NCBI RefSeq assembly: GCF_964204645.1 | Contig: NC_134027.1 | Location: 18,066,560-18,130,559 of the forward strand | Direction: 5' to 3' | Length of the DNA: 64,000 nucleotides | Source: Tubulanus polymorphus | Lineage: Eukaryota > Animalia > Nemertea | Part shown: positions 21,345 through 34,058 of the stretch, one piece after another | Layout of the letters: each line of letters starts with the position of its first letter | Numbering within the stretch: the stretch's first letter is position 1 | Position numbers and translations under genes: made by a program | The notes under the pieces: generated by a model | Told to the model about the DNA's origin: nothing | Seen by the model: the letters and a program-made list of their open reading frames with translations, nothing else | The model's database searches: none

Positions 21345-24300
21345 TCATTTAAATTTTAAGTATTCATCTAAATTACAATCATAAGCACCTGTATGAATTC
21401 CATCATCTAAAATATATCTTTTATCATCAAATGGGTTTAGACTTATCTTTTCAATTTCTTCAATAAACATTTCATGATCTTCAGATCTTAAACATCTCAT
21501 CTTATGTTTTCTAACTTCTTCATTGAATATACAATTGATGTAATCTTTGAAATGAATATTCTTTTCTACTACACTTTTTGTTATTCCTTTTAATTTTTTA
21601 GCTTCATGTTCTTTAGTTTTATATGAATACATTTTAGATCTAATACCTATGAATTCAATCATTTCTTCACCACCTAATTCATCTTTGAATTTACCGGGAA
21701 CTTTTTTATTATCATTGCTAAACAATTCTTGATCTTTAAGATAATTACTGAAATCAAAATGATGTTTTAATGTTTTTAAATCATCTGTTATGTTATCAGT
21801 TTTTATTTTTAATATGTAAGAATCGGTATCAAAATATAAGATTTCTATATGTTTTTCTCCAAAAAGTGGTTGTAATACATTATAATAGAATTCATACATT
21901 AGTAATTTTGATAATTCTAAAACTGATGCGCCAACATAGATTGGTTTATTAAATTTCATTGATGTTCTTCTCATTTTAACTGCAGGTAAATTTTCATCAA
22001 ATATTCTGTTACCAATGAACTTAGGATATGATTGTAAATGTCTAATTCTTTTACCATTACTAACTAACTCAATATCATTTCTATTTCTAATATTTTCACA
22101 AGTCTTACCATAGAATGCATTATTCATTAACTTGAAGAAATCTTTCTCGAAATCAGTTTTAGCTTCAGTTCTCTGTTTGGTGTTGAAATCTATATATTTT
22201 TCTAACCACTTAGATTGACTAAATGAAATATATCTATATACTTTTTTTAGAACCATTCCTTGATTCAAATAAAACTTTAACATTCTATAATGTACTACAT
22301 AATTATATTTATCTTCTTGAGTTACCATTAACTTTTCTGTATGAATATGATTTTCGGGTTTAATTCTTTTTTGGTAATTTGATAATTCTTCATGAGTTAC
22401 AGTTTTATGTTCGGGGCAGTATGCTAGATTTCTAGATTTAAATTTTTTATCTTCAGGATATTCTAAATCTACAACAAAGAAGAAACCAGTATCTGAATCA
22501 TCTGCAATATCTAGAATTCTTTTCTTCCAATCAAATTTATCATTATTTTCATTCTGTAAAACTTCAGTTAATTCAAATACTCCATAAGGTTGTGGTTCCA
22601 TCATTGCCCAACCATACAAATTATTTGCATCTATATATAATAACTTATATCCGGGGTTATCATTTACATTGAAATATCTATCACCTAATACACCTGAAAC
22701 TCCTCCTCTTATAGATTTTTCAAATAATAATAATTGATCTATATTTGTTAACAAATCCATTTTTATATCTGTAAATTTTAATCCACAATCCCATGTTAAT
22801 CCTGGTGATGAATAACAATGGCAAGGATCAATGTTAAAATATTTTAGGTTTACATCTCTAAACCTTTCTAACATATCGGTTAATAATAATACATCTGATT
22901 TTAAATATAAATCTACTAATTGCCCATGATTTTTCATTCTCAAATGATTCCAAATATTTAATGTTCTATTATATACTTCATCTTTAACATATTCATTTTT
23001 TAATTCATCATAGAATTGTTCTTTTAATAATTCATTATGTTAAAATCATTATGTGATTTATAAAATGAATATGGAATTGCGCCTTTATATCTCATTAATT
23101 GGAAATCATCATAATATTGGTAGTGTTGTTTTAATATTTTCAATTCATCATCAACTAATGATTTTGATGAGTTATCTAATGAACTATTTAAAAATCTATA
23201 TGAATCTATAAATCTTAAGACATCCAAATTGGAATGATATATAATTCTCAGATGTTTTAGCTAACATTCTAAATTTATAAGTTGGTATTTCATCTTTTGA
23301 TCTATTTGAATTTAATCTTTCTATTTCATTATTAATTTCTTCTATTTTATGACATAACTGTTTGATGAATAAATGTGCATCATATCCTGATAGATTATGA
23401 AATATAACTGGTACAAAATTAATTTTCTTAGCTTGTAAGTTACAATTCTCATGCGCAGCGCCTCTAAACTTTCCATTCAAATGATCATGGTCTCTTACTT
23501 TTTTATCTTTATAATTAAATATCTTTTCACAATAATAAGATTTATCTGCAAACCTAAATTCTTCTTTATCTTCTTCTGTCATTATAATTTCTATATTTGT
23601 ATTCAATAATTTACTAAATCTTATTTCATATTCAATTAATTAAGTCACAAAAATGATTGATAACATTTTCATTTCTATAATCATAATATTCACTTTCAAT
23701 TAGTTCTGGATAATCAGATTTAATATATAACCCGAAAGCAGCAGCTGATTGATGAATCTTTTTAATAGTATTTGTTTTTGGTGGTTCTTCAGAATAATCA
23801 TTTTCATTAGAATTTAATTTCTTTCTTTTATAATATATTTCTTTTCTATCTAGATCAGTTAATTCTTTATTTAATGATTCAAAATCTCCATATATTACAA
23901 ATGGTTTATGATTTAATAATGTACTTTCATTTCTGAATTTATGTAAAAATTTTCTACATAGATATATTTTATGGTGATTATTTTCTGATTTAAAAAATAA
24001 ATCGATTTGTTTAATCCACATATAATGATTCTCATAATATAGTATATCTATAACATCGTTTGAATCATAATCTTTTGATAGATATAATGGTTCTAATGTA
24101 TAATGTTTTATGTTGTTACCTTTTGTATTTGGTAATTTGATTAAATCAAATACATTTTTCTTTATATTATTATCTCTTTCTATTTTTGGGATGTTTTTAA
24201 TTATAACAGGATACTTATCTATCTTATAATTATTTTCAAATTGTTTATAATTTGTTAATCTATAAGTATGTTTATTATAACCTTCAACTGGATGTAAACA

Positions 24301-25242
24301 ACTTATTATAGCCCATGGAAAACATTTATCATCTTCATTTTGTACATTTATTATAGCATTAGTTTTAAATGGTAGTTTAATATAACTTGATGCTTCAATA
24401 TCTGGTTCTTTATAATGTGATACATTATTTTCATCAATTGGTTTTGATTTAGTTAGCTTATTATATTTTGTGTTATAAACATGTAAAGTCATAAATATTA
24501 TTTCATCAAATATTAAACCAGACCCTTCAAAATATTTCTCTTCTATTTTAGTTTTTACTTCATTATAACATTTATCTAATTTATCATCTATATGTTGTTT
24601 AGATATAATATGTTGTGAATGAGAATTTATATTATATATTGGTTTATCTTCAGATTTTATAAACTTTACTTAAGAAGATATACTAATTTTAGGGTATTCA
24701 ACATCTGTAATTATTTTTATAATATTTTTCATATTTTCTAAATGTTTTTTATTTTCTTCTAATGTTTTTCCTTTATGAAATTTAAACTCAATAGCTGCTG
24801 GACCAATATCACTTTTAAATGCTTCGGTTATCTCTATATCTTTTTTATTATTCAATGAATTAATATAATTTCTTACATCTTCCATGTATGGTCTTTTATT
24901 GTTTAATTTATTTTTTATGCTTTTAATTGTCTTCTGTTTCTTATCATTATCTTTATCAAAATAATCTTCACCTAAAATATCATTATTCTTATTTCTAATA
25001 TGACTTTTAGATTTTAAATGTTCATTATAATATCTTTTATCACTGAATGATTGATTACATGTATCACATTTGTATGTTTCTTTTTCATTCTTTAATTCAT
25101 CTAATTTAGTTTCTAATATATCATCTTTATATTCTAGTTTCAATTTACTCTCTAAATGTGTTTTAGTTTTATTGTGTCTTGCTTTTTGAGATTTATCTAT
25201 ATTGATATTACATGTTGGACAGTAGTACTTATTTGCTTCCAT
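21345..25242 (-). pseudogene. polB: Polinton-type family B DNA polymerase with Zn fingers, OTU-like and EndoVII-like domains
   Basis: Motifs YIDANNLYGWAM, KLMNNAFYGK, YFDTDS; exonuclease YGDFES, FHNLSGYD, RFIDSY, YLKSDV; EndoVII-like RDHDHLNGKFRGAAHENCNL; NEDDKCF..HY. Broken into five ORFs. Confidence 0.95.
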
Positions 25243-25263
25243 TTTAATACTAAATTTTTTTTT

Positions 25264-25852
25264 TAAATTGATTTTAGAAGTTCAATGATTTATATATGTA
25301 TTATTTCAATCACACTTTACTAACACTTTTAATGTTTAAAAATCTAACTCATACAAATATGAATATTGAAATAATGTTGTAAATATATACTTTTATATTG
25401 AATAATCTGTCAATTTAAATGTTATTCATGTATATGATTATTTTAAGAGTAATAGGGGTAATGGGCTTTCAGGTTAAAGGTTGAATGGTCGAGTTCATTA
25501 AAAACAAATATTAAAAGTAATTTAAAACTATAATATATTTTCATAACCGTGTGTATTTCAGTTAAATAATAGAATAATTATTATTATTAAAATATATTTG
25601 ATTATATGAATTTGTGTATTGTAAATAAATCAATTGGTCGCGGAGCGGTAGCGAAGTGGAGCGACCAATTGATTTAATACAATATGCTTTTTAAATTAAA
25701 ATTATTAATATCTTAGAATAAATATTTAGTTATAATATAAAATACACACGGTTATGAAAATATATTATAGTTTTAAATTACTTTTAATGTTTTGTTTTTT
25801 AATGAGCTCGACCGTTCGACCTTTGGCCTGAAAGCCCATTACCCCTATTACT
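25264..25852 (-). repeat. Right TIR with terminal 405-bp foldback (25448-25852)
   Basis: Inverted copy of the left TIR; internal AGTAATAGGGGTAATGGGC at 25448. Confidence 0.95.
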
Positions 25853-27918
25853 TACTTTCTCAACTTGCTGAGACAACCATCTGCATTCATGCCTCGATTT
25901 GTCAGGCCTATAAGAGTCGAACAACATTTTCCCATACACAGGCTTGGCTTTAGTGTAGATGAAGGCTAGGCACTGCACATTGTGGATAAGCTGGAACTCT
26001 AAACTCTCAAAAAACGTCAACAAGAAAGATCCAATAATTGAACGTTTATCTTAACTACATGTATATTAATTAACAGCTTGAAATATACATTATACATTCC
26101 GCAAGAGAATCAGAAGAAAAAAGAAAGAAAAAGAAATCAGTTCAAAAGAAATCAGTTCTACATTTTATCCGAATCAAGCGTTAAAGCCACAGATTCGCTT
26201 AGCTTGGGCTTGAATTCTGGTTCCATTGCTTCGTGTTCTATTGAAATCCCTCGGAATATCGCTTAGCTTTTAAAGACTACGAATTTGGTCCCAGGAAAAC
26301 CAAGTAAAGCGGGGTCTATGGAAAATCAGCTGTTGACTTATTTTTCTCTGGTGGAATCAAGTTATTACTGAAATAGCGTTCGTTTTATTTTATGTTTTAA
26401 AATTGTGTCGTTTAGTATCCTGCTACAAATTCACAGTTGAAGTTCACTCGTAGCATCTCATTGCGTGAAATATAATCACTGTTATAAAAAGTCTTTTCTC
26501 GGTATCTGTATGTCCATCTAAGCAACTTGGTCTACGATTCCTCCATTAATAGATAGTCTACAAATAAGAATGGGGTTCGCCAATTAGTTTACCACGAGAT
26601 GGCGTCAGTGTTCCCTTGGTTACTAGTTTTACTTCCGGGTATTGCATATCGCGAGAACGGAACGCGCTTCGGCTGTTTTTGTGTCAAAATGCCGACCTAT
26701 TGTAGCGTGCCTCATTGTAAAAAATAACAAAGGAGGCCATAAATTTCTATCAGATGAAGATCTGTGTATGAAATGGCGCATAGCTATCATCAAGAGACTT
26801 GACGAAAAAACGAGAAAACTGTGGTGTCCTGCGAAACACAGCGTTGTCTGTTCAGACCACTTCAAGGCGTCTGATTACAGACCTCCCGGGTTACTCGGTC
26901 AGTACACAAATTATGATTAATGTATTTATTTACTTACATGTGGATAATATCATTTTGAAATAACACCTCATTGCTTTTAAGCACACAAGATGTAGGAGCA
27001 GTTAGAAATTTTTTACCGACCGGTGGAGTATTTCATCGGCCTCACTTGGTGAGGGAGCTATTTATTATTTTTCAATATTCCATGCATTACAGTGCTGTAA
27101 AAATGAATACACATCTATTCAAAAGATGTAGACTGCTGTAGAAATCATTTGTATTCATGTTTGACTTTGTTTAAACAACATACGTACTGTATTATACTTT
27201 ATTATTAGAATTAGATATCAGAGATGACATTCAGGCATTGAGAATTATGAAAACTGTTTTCTATCTTTCAGAAAAAATGAAAATGTTGAAGAAAGATGCC
27301 GTTCCATCAATTTTTCCATTTAACAAAGAACAAGACGGTACACCTAGAGAAGAAAGACCACGGAAACGCAGTCGCAGATCCATTTATGTCCCTGATATTA
27401 CTGACATTCAACATGAGGAAACAGTTACCACAGATTGCCCCAGTCCTGTATCTCAGGAAGATGACACAATAGGTTCATTTAGTATAGATTGTGCTGTCCA
27501 ATGCTCCATTCTGAAAAAACACGAAGCAACATATTCTATCTATCATTGTTTTCAATATACTTGGGCCAGCTGCCTACCATTTACAGGAGAGATCTACACT
27601 CCTCGATCCGCCGGATAGATTTTTTTTGACAATGATGAAGTTACGCCAAGCTAAGGACGTCTATGAACTTGCATTAATGTTCAACATTTGTGAAAGTGCA
27701 GCTTCAAACATCATTAACATATGGATTAATTTCCTTTATTTTCAATCTAAGGAAATCTATGTTTGGCCAAGCAAAGAATTGGTGGAAAAATATATGCCAT
27801 TGAATTTTAAGAAAAGATTCCCGTCTACCAGAGTTGTGCTTGATGCAACGGAAATACCACTACGGTCTACGGACCGTCGTTACCTAGTGTCACACAAGAT
27901 CAGAACTGCGCCGAGATT

Positions 27919-28266
27919 GTGATGGACAAGGTGATTAAAATTCTAAAGAAACCGAAAAGTGAGAAAGTAACCATAGGTTACATTGAAGTGGCGCATCGAC
28001 TTCGACAGAACACGACCTCTAACAAAACACCAGGAATTATAGTGAGGTTTAAAGATAGATCAGTCCGTGATAGAGTACTGTCTTACAGGAAAAGCCTTAA
28101 AGGCACCGGATTTGTAATTCAGGAGGATCTCGCAGCAGAAATTTCAAGATTACGTATAGATGCTTCTAAAAGCGGACTTTATGACTCTGTTTTCGTATCG
28201 CATGGAAATGTTATTGGAGTAAAAGACGGCAAGAAAACTAGAGTAGACCTTTTTGACTTTACTTAG
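27919..28266 (+). CDS. LINE ORF1 C-terminal remnant (RRM/CTD)
   Basis: IEVAHRL..PGIIVRF..LKGTGFVIQEDL pattern. Confidence 0.75.
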   Translation: MMDKVIKILKKPKSEKVTIGYIEVAHRLRQNTTSNKTPGIIVRFKDRSVRDRVLSYRKSLKGTGFVIQEDLAAEISRLRIDASKSGLYDSVFVSHGNVIGVKDGKKTRVDLFDFT

Positions 28267-28684
28267 AACATTAATTTAGACATCATTGTGTATTGACACT
28301 ACAGTAATCTGATTTCTCAAGGATCGTCATGTACTCTTTTGTATCTGTCCTCAATGGTCTTATGACCTTCTGTAATCCTACACGATTTTTTTAAAAATCC
28401 TTTTATGGCATGATAACTCTTGTGTCACCTATCAATATAGTATCATCCATGCTAAAATGATTAATTAGTTAATTAGATCTTCCAGTTAGTAGTACAGCTA
28501 CGGCTACTATAGGTTGATATACATATCAACTTATCATTTCCACTTATTACCAAACTCTGGTGGCACGCGTCTTACTGTGTACATCAATACCTTTTAATTT
28601 TCTTTTCGTAATTTTTGGGTGTATGCTTATATCTTTTTTCTTTTTTTTGGTAATTTAATAATCTAATAATTTATATATTTTCGT

Positions 28685-31600
28685 ATGTGCCTCGGCAGTG
28701 TAGATTTTTCAAAACGGCTTGAACAGCATTCAAATAGAAAAGATTTATTCTTAGATTCAATCATCGACGATGATCAAGTACTAGACAGTGATCGATGCCC
28801 ATATACTGAAATTAGGGAATTAAACCAACTATGCAGTTCGACTATAAATAAGGAAAATCTTAATATATTGCAACTCAATATTCACAGCTTACATGCAAAG
28901 TTAGATCAACTCAAAATTATGATAAAAACTTTTAAGCAACAGGATATTATAATAGATGTAATCATGATCTGTGAAACATTTTTAACAGATAGAAAAGTTG
29001 CTTTGTGCAAAATTCCTGGCTACAATTTTGTCGAAAAGCACAGGTTGACCATGGCACAAGGTGGTGTAGCTATTTATATAAGAGACAACATACCGTTTTA
29101 CCCAAGAACCGATTTAGATATTTTTATAGAAGGGAAAATTGAATCTTGTTTCATTGAAATTAATACTAAAAAAAAAATAATTATTGGAGAAATCTATAGA
29201 GTGCCTAATAGTGATGAAAAATTATTCCTACAAAAATATGAAGAACTAGTGAGTAAAATTGAGCAGGAAAAATGTGAGGTAGTTTTAGGAATGGATCAAA
29301 ACTTAGATTTCATAAAGGTTAATATTCATAAGAATACCTCTAAATTTTTAGATATTAATTTATCTAACAATTTATGTCCAACTATGTTACGTCCAACGCG
29401 GATTACACAGTCCACTGCCAACCTTATTGACAACATATACTTGTCACCTAAATTGCATTCAACTCATACGAGTGCCATTTTAATATCAGACATATCTGAT
29501 CATTTGCCGTGTTTTGTATCTACTAAATTCAAAGGTAGAATTACAAATGAATATACTACACGCAACTTCAATACTGAAAATATAAACTTAATTAACAATC
29601 ACCTCTCAAATATAGATTGGTCCTCACTAGATAATTTCGACACTAATAATTATTATAATGCAATGAGTTCTAAAATATCAGATGTAATTAATAAAATCTC
29701 TCCTGAAATAAAGGTCAAAAGGAAAACTAAAATCACGGAACCTTGGATGACTGATTTACTTTTAAAAGCATCAATGAAATGTAATAAGCTGTTTAAAAAG
29801 GTTATGAACCTAGACCGATCTGATCAACGCTATAAAACCTACATAACATATAGAAATCAACTAAATTATATAAGGAGAAGACAAAAGATAAATTACTACA
29901 AACAGAAAATTTAATCGATTGGAACAAATAGTCGGAAAATTTGGAAACTAATTAAAAATCTGATTGGTAAGACAAATGATAAGACATCTATTACAACAAA
30001 CTTCATTATAAATGGTAAAGCAACCGAGGATAACTTCGAAATATGTCACGAATTTAATAACTTTTTTTCATCAATAGGTAAACGATATGCTGAACAAATC
30101 CCTGTATCAAACAAAACATTTAAGGACCTTTTGCCGAAGAAAAATGAAAGCGTGATGTTCATTAACCCAACAAACAGTGAAGAAATATTTAAAGTTATTA
30201 ATAGCCTATCACCAAAACGAAGTACAGGTCCGGACATTCTTAATAATAAATTGTTGAAACTAATTGCTCCATCTATAATTAAACCCCTTACCATACTTTG
30301 TAACGAATCGCTTAGTGAAGGCATTTTTCCTGAAAAAATGAAAATTGCTAAGGTTATACCGCTTCATAAATCCGGCAACAAGCAAATCTTAAATAATTAC
30401 CGCCCCATATCATTATTACCAGTTCTTTCTAAGATCTTAGAAAAACTTATACACAAACGACTCTATAATTTCTTATGTACACATAAAATTCTGAATCTTA
30501 GTCAATATGGTTTTAGACCAAATCATAACACCACCTATGCAATCGGAGACTTTGTTGGCAATTTAATAACTAATATAGAAAAAAAGAAATACTCCTTAGG
30601 TATATGTCTTGATTTATCTAAGGCCTTCGATTCGTTAAATATTAATACCCTTTTGTATAAATTAAACCACTATGGCATAAAAGGACATGCATATAACTGG
30701 TTAAGTAGCTACCTTAGTAACCGTAAAATGTATGTTAGTTATAATAATACGAACTCTAACTTCAAAGAAATTAAATATGGTGTACCTCAAGGTTCGGTCC
30801 TTGGCCCGTTATTTTTTCTTGTCTATGTTAATGACCTAAGTCTCAATCTTAAACACTCCAAAGCTATATCGTTTGCTGATGACACTAATCTACTTACGTC
30901 TGACCAAAATATAACTCAACTCTTAGAAAATGCTGCAAGTGACTTAAAACTTCTTGTGACTTGGTTTCATGCCAACCAGTTGACGCTCAATTTAGAAAAA
31001 ACCAAATGTATATCATTCAAGCCTCAAAGACATCAGGTTGATATTGATAATGTAGTTATACAGATTGCTAACAATAAACTGAAACTTTCAACAGATTGCA
31101 AATTTTTAGGACTTAACATTGATACAAACCTGCACTGGGATTTACATGTCACACAACTAATAAATAAAATGAATAAAAGTGTATTTTTGCTTAAGAGTGT
31201 TAAAACAATTTTTCCAAGTTCACTGAAAAAAATGATTTATTACTCATATATACACAGTCATTTAAATTATATCTTTAATAGTTTGGGGCCCACTCTTATC
31301 TGCAAAACAAGTAAAGGATATATTCTTAATACAGAAAAAAGCAGTACGATTAATCGCTAATGCTCCATATAATTCCCCTACTGGGCCGTTATTCAAAAGA
31401 TTCAAAATTCTAAAAATGCAAGATCTTATTAAGTTAGAATTGTTAAAATTTGGTTTCCTACATTATCATATAAAACTTCCATTACTTATTTATAATCAGT
31501 TCAACACTAATTCTCAATTTCATTACTACAACACTAGAAACAGAAATAAAGCTGCAGTTAACTTTCATACAACTAAAATTTTCCACGAATCCTTTTTAGC

Positions 31601-31733
31601 CAAAGTTCCTATACTTTGGCAAAATTCAATTGATCATCTTTGTAAAGCTCCAAGCATTGGATCCCTAGTTGCTAGATTCAAAAAACAACGTTCGAGAACT
31701 ATTGACTTCCACACTTTTAAACTAATTTATTGA
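28685..31733 (+). pseudogene. LINE ORF2 (AP endonuclease + reverse transcriptase)
   Basis: APE LNIHSL, ICETFL, IDNIY, SDHLP; RT YRPISLL, QYGFR, LDLSKAFD, GVPQGSVLGP, FADD; stop at 29912 and frameshift near 31275. Confidence 0.95.
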
Positions 31734-31799
31734 TAATGAATTGCTGTTATAGTTATCATCATTGTTAGTATTATCATGACCATGTGTGCCGTTTGTTTG

Positions 31800-31820
31800 T
31801 TATAATTATTATTATTATCA

Positions 31821-31857
<37 letters not shown>

Positions 31858-31866
31858 CATTATTAT
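31800..31866. repeat. (TAT/CAT)n microsatellite in the LINE 3' UTR
   Basis: Direct inspection. Confidence 0.9.
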
Positions 31867-32623
31867 CTTCATATGTATCTATCACTTAGTTTATTTTTTT
31901 TCTCAGGGCAATCCCCCTATCAGGCTCAGCCCCTAGGGCTTGGGGTTGTCCTTCTTATATATGTCTATTTATCTATGCAATCATATCCAAAGAAACTATG
32001 TTTATAATCTTGTACATATTATAAGTAAATAAATCATTCATTCATTCAATACCCACAGATAAACCAAGTAATGTAGTGGCTCAATCTGCCACATTTTCCA
32101 CCTACAAAAACAAAAACACTCTGAAATCAATGATAGGAATATCTCCACGTTGAGTTGTTTCCTACGTTAGCGAATGCTATGCTGTCTCAACTAGTGATCG
32201 TCAGATTTTGGAGCGTTCTCCACTTGTATCAAAATATTCTAAAATGTTTGATGTTGGTGATAGTTTCATGGCTGATCGAGGCCTCAATTGTCAAGATCTG
32301 TTCGCGCCGATTGATGTTCGTTGTAATATCCCGACTTTTTTACAGGGTAAAAGCCAGTTAAATCCTGAAGAAGTCATCCGTGATCGTAGAATTGCTTCAA
32401 AACGCATACACGTCGAGAGAATTATTGGGTTGGCCAAAACGTATAAAATTTTGCAAGAAGCTCTTTTCCATTCAAGAGTATTACTTGGTTCAAGGATTCT
32501 GTACATCTGTTTCATGTTTTGTAATTTTAAACGATCTATTGTTGGAAAATTAGCATAAATGATGAAAAGATATTAGGAATAAAATTGCAGCTTTATTCAC
32601 ATTAAACAACATGTTTTAAAATT

Positions 32624-33247
32624 TTAAGCGGAGGTCAGAGTTTTGGAAATATGCTTTACAAGGTGTTCATTGAAAAATTCTGTGAGCTTCGAAATGAGGA
32701 TAGTTTCGCAGAACACTTGATCATACTTTACTTGTTGAACAAACAAGTCTTTAAATATATACACGACGAAATAACAAATTTGCCTCCTAGATAGGTGCAT
32801 CTGACCTTGAACCTGAGTATAATAGTTGTGGTTCTTTTTGGGTTGCAAGGTTCCATCAACAATTTCAAGAAATGTGAAGTTACTATCAACAACATTGATT
32901 TTTTCTGCATCACGGCCATTGAATGGGCATTTCACCTCGACTATGTGCTGAGAATCAATAACGCCGTCAGGTGTTGCACCAAGAAAAGGTAGATCAGGCC
33001 TGATAAAAATACCACATGGTAAAACTTTCAAATTAAACTTAGATTCGAAAGCTTTGATCTCTACATTTTGAAACTGGCGTTCATGAATCGTACCCACTGT
33101 ATCGAAATTAGATAGAGATGTCAAACTAACACAGAGCTTCTCTGTATCACGCCTTTCTGTCATTTCTGATTCATACTTACGCGGGCTCGACTGTATATTT
33201 CTTGTTTTGTTGTAAGTCAGTTTTCCTAGGCATTCAAGAATGAGCAA
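32624..33247 (-). CDS. YqaJ/lambda-type alkaline exonuclease of the ISL2EU element (partial)
   Basis: CGIFI..FLGATPDG..VEVKCP..YYTQVQGQM; convergent with the THAP-DDE transposase, the usual ISL2EU layout. Confidence 0.88.
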   Translation of the reverse strand: MLILECLGKLTYNKTRNIQSSPRKYESEMTERRDTEKLCVSLTSLSNFDTVGTIHERQFQNVEIKAFESKFNLKVLPCGIFIRPDLPFLGATPDGVIDSQHIVEVKCPFNGRDAEKINVVDSNFTFLEIVDGTLQPKKNHNYYTQVQGQMHLSRRQICYFVVYIFKDLFVQQVKYDQVFCETILISKLTEFFNEHLVKHISKTLTSA

Positions 33248-34058
33248 GTGCTATGCTAGAAACGCAACCAAGCAACTGGTACAGGGGCGCGTCTGGGATA
33301 ATCAAGAAGAGGTCTGTGGATATGGGCGATATGTTTGATATCGGTTCTTTTACAGTGAGTCATGTGAATACTGAAGCGAATTCAGGGATGCCTAGGGTTC
33401 ATCGAGGGCCAAAATGGTTTATACCTAATGAAACTGTGTACATATACATGCAGCAACAAAACCACTAAATTGAATGTTATTTATTTGTCACTAATAAAAT
33501 AAAAAATTAATTTTGTTTAAAAATATAAATAAGAAATTGGCCTGTGATCATCAATAGTAAAGTAAATTGAATGTATCGTCCGACTGTAATACGACTTTAA
33601 TACTAATCACTCAGAGACCATGCTGAAAAAGTAAGAAATGTTGATAAATTTCTTTCATGAATACAATCGAGAATTAAGTGAGAATGGGGCTACAACTTAC
33701 ATCGTTTTGGGTTTAAATGATATGCAGCGCACGTAAATAAAACTGTCACAAAAAGACATTCTGGTAACATAGTTAACAATGACCACCATAGCAAGCATAT
33801 TACATCATCCTGTAAAAAGACATAAGACCTAGAAGATACTGTCTTGTAAAGGCAAGCCGGGTTAAATCAACGAAAGAGCTAGATCAAATAAATTAGAATT
33901 AAAATTAGAACTCCGGGAGCTCTGAAATTCAACATCATCAAGCCAAAGGCGACGGTCGACAACAGTTCACGGGCTGAGGCTTAAACGCGAACTCCGAAAT
34001 TACCATGCGTTAGTTCCCATTGCATGTACCTAGGGTCAATAGCTAAATTTTGTCATTT

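Larger units (their letters stand above)
6772..25852. mobile_element. Complete Polinton/Maverick-like endogenous virus, 19,081 bp, inactivated
   Basis: Termini AGTAATAGGGG...CCCCTATTACT; identical 6-bp TSD TACTTT at 6766-6771 and 25853-25858; long TIRs; PolB, integrase, ATPase, MCP and penton genes. Confidence 0.97.
27861..32047 (+). mobile_element. 5'-truncated CR1-group non-LTR retrotransposon
   Basis: ORF1 remnant, APE-RT ORF2, 3' tail AATAAAT(CATT)3; imperfect TSD AATACCAC (27853-27860)/AATACCCAC (32048-32056). Confidence 0.92.
26689..32558 (+). pseudogene. ISL2EU (PIF/Harbinger-related) THAP-DDE transposase, interrupted by a LINE
   Basis: THAP MPTYCSVPHC..W..VCSDHF + LKKDAVPSIF; HTH MKLRQ..LALMFNI; DDE VLDATEIP | TFSTYKNKNTLK..MADRG..RIHVERIIG resuming at ~32050. 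Confidence 0.88.
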
